Shown piece by piece: positions 18,216-31,092 of a stretch of 64,000 nt of DNA. The DNA is from Deltaproteobacteria bacterium (lineage in GTDB: Bacteria; Myxococcota; Kuafuiibacteriia; Kuafuiibacteriales; Kuafuiibacteriaceae): positions 384,001 to 448,000 of the forward strand of contig JAVJQW010000041.1 of assembly GCA_040218735.1 (NCBI GenBank). Reading direction: 5' to 3'. A program made the position numbers and the translations under genes. Within the stretch, counting starts at the first letter, position 1. Each line of letters starts with the position of its first letter. The notes under the pieces are model-generated. The model searched no databases. It was not told where the DNA came from and saw only the letters and a list, made by a program, of their open reading frames with translations.

Positions 18216-19220
18216 ATGGCGTGCGACCTGAACCTACATGATGATGACCGAACGATGGGTACAGGGGTCGTGGTGGTCGTGGACGCGAACCCGGGCGCGC
18301 TGGTGGTGTCCCGGAACATCCTCGCGCGCGCCGGCTACGAAGTGCACACCGCGCCCGACCCCGACGAAGCGTGCTCGCGCATCCGCACCGCCGGTCCGGA
18401 CGTGTTGCTGCTCGACGCCGCCTACGCGTGGCCGCACGTCCTCGGGCAGCTCGAGGCGGCGAGCTTCGTGCGCGTCCCCGTGGTGCTCGTCGCGCCCGCC
18501 GGCATGGGCCAGGTCATCGCGTCCGACCTCGCGGACGACGGCGTGCAGAACATCGCCGGCGTCATCGAAAAGCCGTTCCTCTCCGACGCGCTGACCTGCG
18601 CGGTCCGCGACGCCGTCCTCGACTGCAAACAAACGCGCCAGCTCGAGATACGCGGGCCCGTCACGCTCGACACCCTCCAGGAGACCCTCGACGCCGAGTC
18701 GGCGTGTGACCTCCTCGGCGTGCGGCCCGTCGTCGAAGTCTCGCCCGTCGACGAGCCCGACCGCGACGATCGCCTCGACCTCATCCGGGAGGTGCGAAGC
18801 GCGCTCGAGTTGGATGGGACACCGCCGCCGCCCGACGTCCTGATGTCCGGTCGCATTGGCGACATCACCGTCCCGCACCTGCTGCAGTTCGCGGAGGGGT
18901 TGTCGGTGACGGCGATGATTCGTCTGCGCTGCGACGAGCAGCGCTTCGTCGTCACGCTGCAGGAGCGTCACGTCGTCGGTGCGCGGCGTGGTCTCGCGCG
19001 GCGCGACGTCGATGACGCGGAGGCTTGTCTGCAGATCGTCGGCGAGGCGCTCGCGCTCACCGACGGCACGTTCTCCGTCGAGCGTCGTGAGCGGGTGTCG
19101 AGCTTGATTCGCCTCCCGCTCGCCGCGGTGCTCCTCGACGGTCTGCGTCGGCAGGACGAGGCGTTGCTTCGCCTCGACGCGACGATCGAGACGCCGCGCC
19201 GCGTCCCGATGCACTCCTGA
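18216..19220 (+). CDS. Response regulator receiver + DUF4388-like domain protein
   Basis: VVVVD, PDVLLLD and IEKPF receiver motifs; MSGRIGDITVPHLLQF...DGTFSV...LLDGLRRQDE DUF4388 signature. Confidence 0.75.
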   Translation: MACDLNLHDDDRTMGTGVVVVVDANPGALVVSRNILARAGYEVHTAPDPDEACSRIRTAGPDVLLLDAAYAWPHVLGQLEAASFVRVPVVLVAPAGMGQVIASDLADDGVQNIAGVIEKPFLSDALTCAVRDAVLDCKQTRQLEIRGPVTLDTLQETLDAESACDLLGVRPVVEVSPVDEPDRDDRLDLIREVRSALELDGTPPPPDVLMSGRIGDITVPHLLQFAEGLSVTAMIRLRCDEQRFVVTLQERHVVGARRGLARRDVDDAEACLQIVGEALALTDGTFSVERRERVSSLIRLPLAAVLLDGLRRQDEALLRLDATIETPRRVPMHS

Positions 19221-19280
19221 CAGGACGGTGTCAGGAGAGCCGCCGGGCTTCGAGCCTCCTGACAGTAGGGTGTCAGGAGG
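19214..19280. promoter_or_regulatory. Twin palindromic operators CTCCTGACA-N6-TGTCAGGAG (probable WYL regulator sites)
   Basis: Perfect inverted repeats at 19214-19237 and 19255-19280, centres 42 bp apart, upstream of the VOC-WYL pair. Confidence 0.75.
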
Positions 19281-19338
19281 GGGGCGGCATCTTCGTCTTC
19301 GTCGCGAACGGACGCGGCCCATGACGAAGGAGACAAAG

Positions 19339-19692
19339 ATGAAGCACCCGGTGGTTTGGTTCGAGATCAACGGAAACGACGCGAACGCGCTGCACGGATT
19401 CTACGGTGAGCTGTTCGGCTGGAAGATCGCGGCCGACAACCCGATGAACTACGGGATGGTCGAGGCCGAGAAGGGGCGCGGCATCCCCGGTGGGATCGGG
19501 CAGAAGGACGAGAAGAACCCGGGCGTCACGTTCTACGTGTCGACGACGTCGATCGACGACTCGTTGAAGGCGGCGGAGAAGCTCGGCGCGAAGACGTTGA
19601 TGCCGCGGACGCAGCTCCCCGGCGGGACGATCCTCGCGTTCTTCGCGGACCCGGACGGCAACGCGGTCGGCCTGGTCGAAGAGGCGGCGTAG
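19339..19692 (+). CDS. VOC family (glyoxalase/bleomycin resistance) protein
   Basis: AAGGAG RBS; PVVWFEI, FYGELFGW and FADPDGNAVGL. Confidence 0.92.
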   Translation: MKHPVVWFEINGNDANALHGFYGELFGWKIAADNPMNYGMVEAEKGRGIPGGIGQKDEKNPGVTFYVSTTSIDDSLKAAEKLGAKTLMPRTQLPGGTILAFFADPDGNAVGLVEEAA

Positions 19693-19702
19693 ACTCCTCG
19701 CC

Positions 19703-20404
19703 GTGCGTCGCGCCGACCGCCTCTTCAAGATCATCCAGCTCCTGCGGGGGCGGCGGCGCGCGGTGACGGCGAACGAGCTCGCGGAGAAACTCGAAGTCTC
19801 CGAGCGCACCGTCTATCGCGACATCCGCGATCTCGTGGCCTCGGGGACGCCGATACAGGGGGAGGCGGGGGTCGGTTACTCGCTGCATCGTGAGTACGAC
19901 CTGCCGCCGCTGATGTTCGACGAGGACGAGATCGAGGCGCTGGTGCTCGGCGCGCGAATCGTGGCGGCGAACGCCGACGAGGTGTTGGCGCGCGCGGCGA
20001 TGTCCGTGTTGTCGAAGGTCGAGGCGGTACTGCCGAAGGGGCTCGACGATCGCATCGCGAAGACGAAGCTGTACGCGCCGCGGCGCCGGATCTCTTCCGA
20101 GGTCTCCGACACGTTGGTCATCGTGCGCACCGCGACCGCGGAGCACCGTCGGCTGACGATCGAGTACGAGGACGAGAGCGGCGCCTCCAGCTCGCGTTCG
20201 CTGCGCCCGCTCGGCGCGTTCTTCTGGGGCCGCACCTGGACGGTCGCGGCGTGGTGTGAGCTGCGCGAGGCGTTCCGGAACTTCCGCTTGGATCGCATCG
20301 CGGCGATCGAGCTGGGGGAGATCTACGAGCCCGAGGCGGGGCAATCGCTCCACGACTACCTGCTCCAGTACGGACCCCAGGCGACGAAGATGCTCGAGCG
20401 CTGA
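19703..20404 (+). CDS. YafY-family wHTH-WYL transcriptional regulator
   Basis: MRRADRLF; ELAEKLEVSERTVYRDI; GEAGVGY; LPPLMF; AWCELREAFRNFRLDRI. Confidence 0.93.
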   Translation: MRRADRLFKIIQLLRGRRRAVTANELAEKLEVSERTVYRDIRDLVASGTPIQGEAGVGYSLHREYDLPPLMFDEDEIEALVLGARIVAANADEVLARAAMSVLSKVEAVLPKGLDDRIAKTKLYAPRRRISSEVSDTLVIVRTATAEHRRLTIEYEDESGASSSRSLRPLGAFFWGRTWTVAAWCELREAFRNFRLDRIAAIELGEIYEPEAGQSLHDYLLQYGPQATKMLER

Positions 20405-20449
20405 CCCTCGGTTTCTCGACGGCGCGGTCGGTGGCATGGTCGCGTGCCG

Positions 20450-21222
20450 ATGAAGAAGCTGAAGAACGGCGAGTACACGGCGGCGCTGCGTCCGCTTCAG
20501 GTCGAGCTCGCGAAGCTGCAGTCCTGGATTCGTGTGACGCAGCAGCGCATCGTCGTCATCTTCGAGGGGCGCGACGCGGCGGGGAAGGGCGGCACGATCA
20601 AACGCATCACCGAGCCGTTGAACCCGCGCGTGGTGCGGGTCGTCGCGCTGGGGACACCGACGGAGCGAGAGAAGACGCAGTGGTACTTCCAGCGCTACGT
20701 CGCGCACCTGCCGGCCGCGGGTGAGATGGTGATCCTGGATCGCAGTTGGTACAACCGCGCCGGCGTCGAGCGCGTGATGGGCTTCGCCTCGGAGGAGGAG
20801 GTCAACGAGTTCCTCCACGCCGTTCCGCAGTTCGAACGGATGCTCGTGCGCTCCGGCATCATCCTCATCAAGTACTGGTTCTCGGTGAGCCCGAAAGAGC
20901 AGGAGCGCCGGTTCCAGAGCCGCATCGACCACCCGACCAAGCGATGGAAGATCAGTCCGATGGATCTCGAGTCGCGGCTGCGCTGGGACGAGTACTCCCG
21001 CGCGAAGGACGAGATGTTCGCGTACACGGACATCAAGCAGGCGCCCTGGTACGTCGTCGAGGCCGACGACAAGAAACGCGCGCGCCTCAACTGCATCTCG
21101 CACCTGTTGTCGCTGCTGCCCTACGAGTCACACATCCGCGAGAAGATCGATCTGCCGCCGCGCCCGACGCGGTCGACTTACGTGCGCCCGCCGTACGACG
21201 AGCAGAACGTGGTGCCGAAGCG

Positions 21223-21229
<7 letters not shown>
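20450..21229 (+). CDS. ppk2: Polyphosphate kinase 2
   Basis: FEGRDAAGKGGTIKR Walker A; QWYFQRY; DRSWYNRAGVERVMGF; KRWKISPMD. Confidence 0.95.
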
Positions 21230-24305
<3,076 letters not shown>

Positions 24306-24306
<1 letters not shown>

Positions 24307-25874
24307 CAGTGGATGTGTCCGTGCGCGGGCTCGCCGGCCGCGCTCTGCGCGAGGCGCACGAGGTGCGCGCCTTCGGTGACGACGCGCTCCTCGACCGCGA
24401 GGCCCGAAACGATCCCCACGCGTCCGCCGGCGCGCGGGCCGACGCGGACGAGTCGCTCGGCGAAGTGCTCGCCGTCGACCTGGACGTAGACCACGCTCTT
24501 GCCCTCCCGATCGACGATCGCGCTGCGCGGGACGACGACCCCTTCGAAGTCGTCGCCCGTCGGGAGCGCGACCTCCACCAGGCCGCCGACCCGCATCGCG
24601 GGTGTGGTGTCGTTCAACGCGTAGACGACGTCGACGGTGCGCGTTCGCTCGTCCACCTTCGGCGCCACCGCGATGACCGAAGCGGTCGGCGACGCGCCTC
24701 CCAGCGCGATCGGGATCCAGCGATCGTCGCCCGCGATCGAGAAGGAGGCGTCGACGTCCGTGCGGAGCCGCGCCGCGTCTTGCTCGGGGACCCGCGCGAC
24801 GATCCACAGGACGCGCGTGTCCACGATGGAGAACAACGTCGCGCCGGCCGATAGGGTCGCGCCGGGCGTCGCGCGGACGGTGGCGATCGTTCCGGCGATG
24901 GGGGCGCTGAGCCGCCACGCACCCTCTCGCCCCGAACCGCTCGCGCCGGAGAACAGCGCGGCGGTCCGCTGCGCGGAGCGGACCGCCTCTTCGGCGATCT
25001 TCGCTTCACGTTCGGCGTCCTCCAGCTCGCGTTTCGCGATGGCCTCGTCGCGATAGAGCCGCTTCGCGCGATCGAGCGCGGCCTTCGCGGCTTGGAGACG
25101 ACCCTCCGCTTCGGCGACGGCGAGCTTCGTCCTTGCGACCTCTTCGGGCGACGAAGGCGCGGGTACGAACGACGCGAGCGTCTGGCCCTTCTTGACCTGC
25201 TGACCCGGGCGGACGAGGCCCGCACGCGGCGCGACGACGCGTCCGGTGACCGGCGCGGCGACGACGGCCTGGCCGTCGGGCGGTGTGTCGATTCGGCCCG
25301 GGACCGTGACGGTCGCGACGAGGTGCGAACGCGTCGGGAAGACCGTGTCGAACGGGACGCCCCACTGCTGCTCCTTGAGGAACTCGATCACGCCGACGTC
25401 TTCTTCTTCCTCCGTCTCGGCCTTGGCCTCCGCGGTGACGGTGATCTCGATGCCCTCGACGGTCCCCGACCTGCGTCCCTCCACGCGCACCCGTCCGCGG
25501 TAGACACCCGCCGTAGGGGGCGTCGCCTCGAGCACGTAGATGCCGCGCCGCAGCGGCGTCTTCGTGGTGCCGCGGATCGTCGCCGGCCCCTCGAGCTCCA
25601 ACGTGACCGTGCCCTCCGTGAGCGGGCTGAAGTCTTCCAGCCACGTGAGGTGTGCGAGGAGTGAGATGGGTTGGCCGACGACCGCCGCTTCATGCTCGGC
25701 GAACAGCTCGAAGCCGCCGCTACACAGGGTGATCGACTCCGTGGCCGCGCTGTGACCGTGCTGGGGCGCGTGATGGTCGTGTCCCGCGGGGTGCGCGGTG
25801 CTGTGGTCGTGACCGTCCTCGTGCTCGTGGCAGCCGGCGAGGGCCGCCAGGAGGAGTAGGCAATGCACTCTCAT
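24306..25874 (-). CDS. RND efflux periplasmic adaptor (MFP) lipoprotein with His-rich N-terminus
   Basis: LAGC lipobox; HEHEDGHDHSTAHPAGHDHH; LSAPIAG, VPRSAIV and SGLAVEERVVTEGA; C-terminal HGHIH. Confidence 0.9.
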
Positions 25875-27076
25875 TCGAACTCACCTCGCGCCGCGCGCAG
25901 CTCGACGTGCGCGGTCTTGGCCGCGAGCGCGAGGTCGAGCGCGCGGAGCGCGACCTCAGTGCGAACGCGGCGTGCGTCGATCAGCTCGACGACCGTGCGT
26001 TGCCCCTCGCGGTACCCCGTCTCTGTCGCGCGCTCCAGACGTTCGACCCGCGCGACCGTCGCCTTCGTGAAGCGCACCGACTCGTCTCGTGCCGTCGCGA
26101 ACGCGAGCGCGGCGCGCTCCTCTTCGAGGCGAGCGCGCCGCGCGGCCGCCTCTGCCCGTGCGTGCATCGCGCGCGCGGCGGCCTCGGCCTGGGCGTCGAG
26201 GCCTTGGCCGCGCGAGAAGACGGGGAGCCCCACCGAGACGCCGGCGACGTAACCACCACCCGGTTGGTCGAGCACGCCGAAGCGCGGGCCGCCAAAGAGG
26301 GTGAGCAGCGGAATCCAGGTCCAGGTGGCTCCCGCGGCGTCGGCGCGGTCCTTCGCCGAGCGCAGGAGGGCGACGGAGCGGCGCTCCTCTGCGTTGGCTG
26401 GAGACGTTTCGTCGAGCCCGAGGTCCCCGTCGATCTTCACACCTTCGAGGCCGAGCAGAATCGCGAGCTCGCGGACGAGCTGTTGCCGGCGCGCTCGCGT
26501 CTCGCGCAATGCACTCGCCGCGATCTCGCGTTCGATCTGGACGCGCGCCTCGTCGTAACCCGCTGTGTGGCCTTCCTCGCGTCTCCGCGAGACGACGCGG
26601 GCCGCTTCGTCCAGGCGGGCGACCGCCGATGTCTGCACACGCTCGCGCTCCGAGGCGGCGACCGCGCGGTAGAAGAGCCGAAGCGCGCGCACCGTCGCGC
26701 CGCGGGTCGCGTCTGCGGCGGTTGACTCCGCGGCGAGCCCCTTTGCGTGCGCGATGCGCTCCCGCGCGTTGCGACGGCCGGAGAGATCGAGCGGCACGTT
26801 CAACGTGATCTGGTCCTCACGCTCCGCGTCGAAGGTCTGCCGGTTCCACGCGAGCGATGGGTTCGGGTACAGCGCCGCGCTCACCCGCTGGGAATCGACG
26901 AACGCGGCGTACGCCTGAGCGGCCCGCGCGTCCGCGTCATGCTGCTGCACGCGCTCGACGACCTCGTCTGCGGTGATTGCTTCGGCGATCCGTGGAAACA
27001 CGAGGAAGAACACGGCGAGCAAGATCCGATTCAGCATCGGAGTTTTCGTCGGACGGCTGCGAGGAGGCGCTGACAT
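25871..27076 (-). CDS. TolC-family outer-membrane efflux protein (start 27076 or 27037)
   Basis: YPNPSL; GVSVGLPVFSRGQG; YREGQRTVVELIDARR; operon position. Confidence 0.88.
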   Translation of the reverse strand: MSAPPRSRPTKTPMLNRILLAVFFLVFPRIAEAITADEVVERVQQHDADARAAQAYAAFVDSQRVSAALYPNPSLAWNRQTFDAEREDQITLNVPLDLSGRRNARERIAHAKGLAAESTAADATRGATVRALRLFYRAVAASERERVQTSAVARLDEAARVVSRRREEGHTAGYDEARVQIEREIAASALRETRARRQQLVRELAILLGLEGVKIDGDLGLDETSPANAEERRSVALLRSAKDRADAAGATWTWIPLLTLFGGPRFGVLDQPGGGYVAGVSVGLPVFSRGQGLDAQAEAAARAMHARAEAAARRARLEEERAALAFATARDESVRFTKATVARVERLERATETGYREGQRTVVELIDARRVRTEVALRALDLALAAKTAHVELRAARGEFE

Positions 27077-27087
27077 CTTCGTCTTCT

Positions 27088-28044
27088 CTAACTTCCGAGG
27101 AGGCCCAGGAGGATCTCGACGCCGTGGTGAACGAGGTCGGCGCTCGCCGCAGCGCCGACGATGACGATGGCCGTCGCGACGCCGAACATCCAAGGCGTCG
27201 GACGGTCGGAGCGCGGGCGGTCGTCCATCAACACCTCGACCCGCGAGCGGATGTCCGAGCCGGAGAAGGCGGAGGCCCCGTCGGGGACGTGGATCGTGGA
27301 GCGGGTGAGGGCGACGAGCGCGCGCGCGACGCGGACGCGGCTGTCGAGGACACGCGCGGCGATGTCGTCCGCGGCCATCTCCTGGGCTCGTGCGATCGAA
27401 CGATCGAGCCATCGCGCCACGAACGGTAGGTGAAAGGCGAGCGCGAGCCCTGCGACGTAGCGACGGAGCGGGTCTCGGCGGAGGACGTGTGCGCGCTCGT
27501 GCGCGAGCACCGCCGCCAGGTGCTCACGACCTGCAGCACCGAGCAGGCCTTCGGTCACGTAGAGGCGCGGGCGGAGCAGACCGAGCACGAACGCCTGCGG
27601 TGCGTCGAACGGGAGCACCGATGTCTCGCCGTCGCGACGGCACGTCGCGTCGAGCGTGCGGCGCGTGCGAACCGCTTGTACGAGCGCGTACATCCGCGCG
27701 ATCGCACGCGCGCCGACGCGGACCGCGGCGAGGGCCGCCACCGCGATGAGGAACAGCGAGGGCCAGGCCGCCACATGGTGACCGCAGATGTGCGCGTGTA
27801 CGTGAGGATCGCCGGCGTGGCAGTGGTCCGTGATCCATCCGAAGGATGGGGCGAGCGCGGCGAGGAGGAGCACGCCGGCCACGAGCATCGGCGCGAGCGC
27901 CGCAGCGAAGTAGATGCGCGCGCGCGCCGTGGCCGTGAGGCCCTCGATGTGCCCACGAAGGAGTGACAGCGTGACCGCGGACGCGCCGGAGACGGCGGCC
28001 GCGATCAGTGCGAGCGCGGCGACGCAAAGGACGATGAGGGTCAT
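27088..28044 (-). CDS. M56/M48-like (BlaR1-type) membrane metallopeptidase with His/Cys-rich loop
   Basis: AFVLGLLRPRLYVTEGL; VLAHERAHVLRRD; QEMAADD; loop DHCHAGDPHVHAHICGHH. Confidence 0.88.
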   Translation of the reverse strand: MTLIVLCVAALALIAAAVSGASAVTLSLLRGHIEGLTATARARIYFAAALAPMLVAGVLLLAALAPSFGWITDHCHAGDPHVHAHICGHHVAAWPSLFLIAVAALAAVRVGARAIARMYALVQAVRTRRTLDATCRRDGETSVLPFDAPQAFVLGLLRPRLYVTEGLLGAAGREHLAAVLAHERAHVLRRDPLRRYVAGLALAFHLPFVARWLDRSIARAQEMAADDIAARVLDSRVRVARALVALTRSTIHVPDGASAFSGSDIRSRVEVLMDDRPRSDRPTPWMFGVATAIVIVGAAASADLVHHGVEILLGLLGS

Positions 28045-28466
28045 TCGCCCTCCTGTTCGCGGCGCTTCTTTTCGATCAGCGCCTCGAGCCGATCGAGTGA
28101 CGCAGAGTCCTCACCGGCGACGAGGTCGACGAACGCCGACAGGAGGCCAGCTTCACGCAGGACGCGGGCGCCCCCCGCGGCGTCGAGCATGCGCTGCGCC
28201 TTGAACGTCTCGCGCGTGAGCGCGGCGCGGTATCGATACGCGTGGGAGACCTTCTCTCGAACCACGAGTCCCTTCTTGAAGAGACGCTCCAGCGCGGAAC
28301 CCACGGTATTGACCGAGATTCCGCGGCGACGCCCCAGAGCACGGTGGGTCTCCTGGACGTCCGCCTCGTCGACCCTCCAGAGGTGTTCGAGGACGGCGAG
28401 CTCCAGCTCCCCGAGCTGCGGCAACCTTGATCTGGAGCCGGACACCGCCGCGAGGGTACGCGGCAA
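28041..28466 (-). CDS. BlaI/MecI/CopY-family transcriptional repressor
   Basis: LGELELAVLEHLW; NTVGSALERLFKKGLVVREKVSHAYRY. Confidence 0.9.
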   Translation of the reverse strand: MPRTLAAVSGSRSRLPQLGELELAVLEHLWRVDEADVQETHRALGRRRGISVNTVGSALERLFKKGLVVREKVSHAYRYRAALTRETFKAQRMLDAAGGARVLREAGLLSAFVDLVAGEDSASLDRLEALIEKKRREQEGE

Positions 28467-28478
28467 AAACTCCGACCG

Positions 28479-29882
28479 TCAATCGGAGCTGTCGGGTCGG
28501 AGGGCGAAGCGGAGCGCATCGACCGCCTCGAGCTGGCGTTCGAAGGGCTCCCAGTCGTCGGAGATGTCGATCGGCTCCCAGATGGCTTCGATGACGTCGA
28601 TCGTCAGCGTCACCGGCGCGGCGCGTTCGAAGTACGGGGCGTCGAGGCGCGCGCCTTCCGCGGGTTCGTAGGCGTCGAGTAGCGCGCGGACGTCGGCGAA
28701 CGCAAAACCCGCGTAGGTGGCGGCGTGGGGACTCGCTGCGAAGGCGTCGCGGCGTCCGTACGCGTCGAAGAAGAGCGCGTCGAAGGGGAGCTTCGTGCGT
28801 CCGAGGAATGCAAAGACGGTGTCGGCCAGCGCGCCGTCCTCGCGCACGGTGCGGGGCTCGAGGCCGAGGCGCCACAGCAGCTGCAGGAGGAACGCCGCGT
28901 GGAAGCGATCGTCGAAGCTCTCGAGGAGCTTTTCGAGGCGCGCCGACGGCGAGACGGGTCGAATCGCCTCCGCGAGCCGCGTGAGGTTCCAGAGCACCGT
29001 CTCGGGTTGGCGTCCGTACGCGTACAGGCCCGAGTGATCGAAGTAGGCCGCGGTGAACGTGGGGTCGTAGTGCGGCAGGAATCGGTACGGCCCGTAGTCG
29101 AAGCTCTCGCCGCTCACGTTCATGTTGTCGGTGTTGAGGACGCCGTGCACGAAGCCCGCGGTCATCCACTGCGCGCACGTGCGCGCGGCGCGGCCGACGA
29201 CCGTGTCGAAGAAACGCTCCACGAGATCCCCCTCCGCGTCGGCTGCGTCGGGGAGGTACCACTCGAGGCAACGTTCGATGAGCGTCTCGGCGCGGGCGCG
29301 ATCGCCGTGCGCCGCGAGGCGCTGGAACGTGCCGTAGCGAATGTGTCCGTGGGAGAGCCGCACCAGCACGGAGGAGCGCGTCGGGGAGGGCTCGTCGTTG
29401 CGCTGGAGGGCCTCGCCGGTTTCGACGAGGCTGAACGACTTCGAGGTGTCGACGCCGAGCGCTTCGAGCATCGCCGTCGCGAGCACTTCGCGCACGCCGC
29501 CCTTGAGCGTGAGTCGGCCGTCGCCACCGCGGGAGTACGGTGTCGTGCCGCTGCCCTTGGTGCCGAGGTCGAGGAGGCGCCCGCGGTCGTCGCGAAGCTG
29601 TGCGAAGGTGAACCCGCGCCCGTCGCCGAGGTTCGGGTTGTAGGAGCGGAACTGGTGCCCGTGGTAGCGCATCGCCAGCGGCGCTTGCAGGTTGTCTTGC
29701 AACGGCGTGAAGCGCGCGAGGTGGTCGACCCACGCGTCGTCGTCGAGATCGTCGAGGCCGACGCGCGCCGCCCATCGGTCGTTGCGGTACCGCAAGATGT
29801 GTTGCGGGAACGTCGCCGGTTCGACGATGTCGAAGTAGCCGTCGGAGAGCGTCGTCAGGGCGGGGGCGGGGGAGTAGGTCAC
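28479..29882 (-). CDS. selO: Protein adenylyltransferase SelO (YdiU family)
   Basis: YHGHQF; LGDGRG; KGSGTTPYSRGGDGR; GFVHGVLNTDNM; DYGPY; GTG start overlapping the upstream stop. Confidence 0.93.
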   Translation of the reverse strand: MTYSPAPALTTLSDGYFDIVEPATFPQHILRYRNDRWAARVGLDDLDDDAWVDHLARFTPLQDNLQAPLAMRYHGHQFRSYNPNLGDGRGFTFAQLRDDRGRLLDLGTKGSGTTPYSRGGDGRLTLKGGVREVLATAMLEALGVDTSKSFSLVETGEALQRNDEPSPTRSSVLVRLSHGHIRYGTFQRLAAHGDRARAETLIERCLEWYLPDAADAEGDLVERFFDTVVGRAARTCAQWMTAGFVHGVLNTDNMNVSGESFDYGPYRFLPHYDPTFTAAYFDHSGLYAYGRQPETVLWNLTRLAEAIRPVSPSARLEKLLESFDDRFHAAFLLQLLWRLGLEPRTVREDGALADTVFAFLGRTKLPFDALFFDAYGRRDAFAASPHAATYAGFAFADVRALLDAYEPAEGARLDAPYFERAAPVTLTIDVIEAIWEPIDISDDWEPFERQLEAVDALRFALRPDSSD

Positions 29883-31045
29883 GCGTCGCGCCGGCGAAGC
29901 GTCAGAGCGACGACGGCGAACGCGAGCATCCACGCCCCGGTGCCGCGCGTCGACCCCGAAGTTCGGCAGCCGCACGTGTCCGCCACCGGCGGGCCGTTCC
30001 CGTCGGCGTCGAGCACGGTGTAACCGTCGGCGAGGATCGCGGACTGGCCGTCGGGGTTCGTCACGATGACGTCGTAGACGCCGACCGCGATGTTCGCGGG
30101 GACCCGCGCGGTGATCGTCGTGGCGCCGGGCACGTCGACGCCGGACGCGTCGATGCTCCCGATGCGCAACGTGAGGCCCGCTTCGAAGTTGGTGCCGGTG
30201 ACGATGACGTCGACCGGGGCGACGTTGCGGCCTTCGTCGGGGGAGATCGCGCTGATGGTGGGCGCGCCGCCGGTGTTGCCGTTACCTCCGTCCACGCCGC
30301 CGGCGTCCGGATCGCCGCCGCCCGGGCCGGCGTCGCGCCCGGGTCCTGCGTCGCGGCGTCCGCCCGGTCCGGCGTCACGCATGGGGTTGTTGACGCCGCC
30401 GTCGCGTCGCGCCGGGTCACACTCGCCGCCGGGTTCCCACGGCGTGTGATCGGAGAGGGAGACGATCGCGCGGATGATGAAGTCGCCCGGGATGCCGCGG
30501 TCCTCCGCGGAGTCCCACAGCTCTACGGGGATGAACGTGGAGTTCGCGCCCTGGACGCCGTCGGCGTCGTAGAGGAAGGGGCGGATGAACATGTTGGCGC
30601 CGGGGTCTTCGATCTGTTGCTTCAGGCAGATGCGGAACGCCACCGTCGACGTGCGTGTGCCGTGGAGGAAGCCGACGAACCCCGGCGCGGCGGAGAACGG
30701 GAGCGCGGCGCCCTGTTCGACGATCAGCTGCCCCGGGCGATCACGGCCGAGCTCTTCGTAGGTCTGCAGGAGCGAGACGACCTGCTCGCCGTCGCCGAGC
30801 AGCGCGACGAACCCTTCGATGCCGAACGAAGGCTCCGGGAGATCGAAGCTCGCGCAGACCGCCTCGAGCCAGTCGATTCGGACCCCGCCCGCGGTCATCG
30901 CCGAGTTGTCGAAGTCGTCGTTGCAGAGCACGTACTGGCCGACCCGCGAGCAGTCGGGTCCACACTGGGTGGGGATCTGCTGCGCGAGGACCGGTGCCGC
31001 GCCGAACGTGATCGACAGGAGGACGACGGCGGCCGCGGGCTTCAT
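29879..31045 (-). CDS. Secreted IPT/TIG-domain protein with MYXO-CTERM-like sorting tail
   Basis: Signal peptide; RDAG linker; PTISAISPDEG...VTGTNF...YDVIVTNPDGQS (IPT); CGCRTSG...LAFAVVALTLRRR tail. Confidence 0.85.
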   Translation of the reverse strand: MKPAAAVVLLSITFGAAPVLAQQIPTQCGPDCSRVGQYVLCNDDFDNSAMTAGGVRIDWLEAVCASFDLPEPSFGIEGFVALLGDGEQVVSLLQTYEELGRDRPGQLIVEQGAALPFSAAPGFVGFLHGTRTSTVAFRICLKQQIEDPGANMFIRPFLYDADGVQGANSTFIPVELWDSAEDRGIPGDFIIRAIVSLSDHTPWEPGGECDPARRDGGVNNPMRDAGPGGRRDAGPGRDAGPGGGDPDAGGVDGGNGNTGGAPTISAISPDEGRNVAPVDVIVTGTNFEAGLTLRIGSIDASGVDVPGATTITARVPANIAVGVYDVIVTNPDGQSAILADGYTVLDADGNGPPVADTCGCRTSGSTRGTGAWMLAFAVVALTLRRRDA

Positions 31046-31092
31046 CACGCCCATCGTAGCGCCCCGTCGAAAACGGTGCGACCCTCGCACCG

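Noticed and set aside
24307-24918. N-terminal extension of the 1231-aa RND ORF (similar extensions on the TolC, SelO, porin and 49004-52045 ORFs)
   Set aside because: The extensions overlap upstream genes in another frame; downstream starts match family N-termini, RBSs or stop-start overlaps
28479-28500. Possible selenocysteine read-through at the selO TGA stop
   Set aside because: No C-terminal CxxU/CSS-type motif, and the next gene begins immediately downstream
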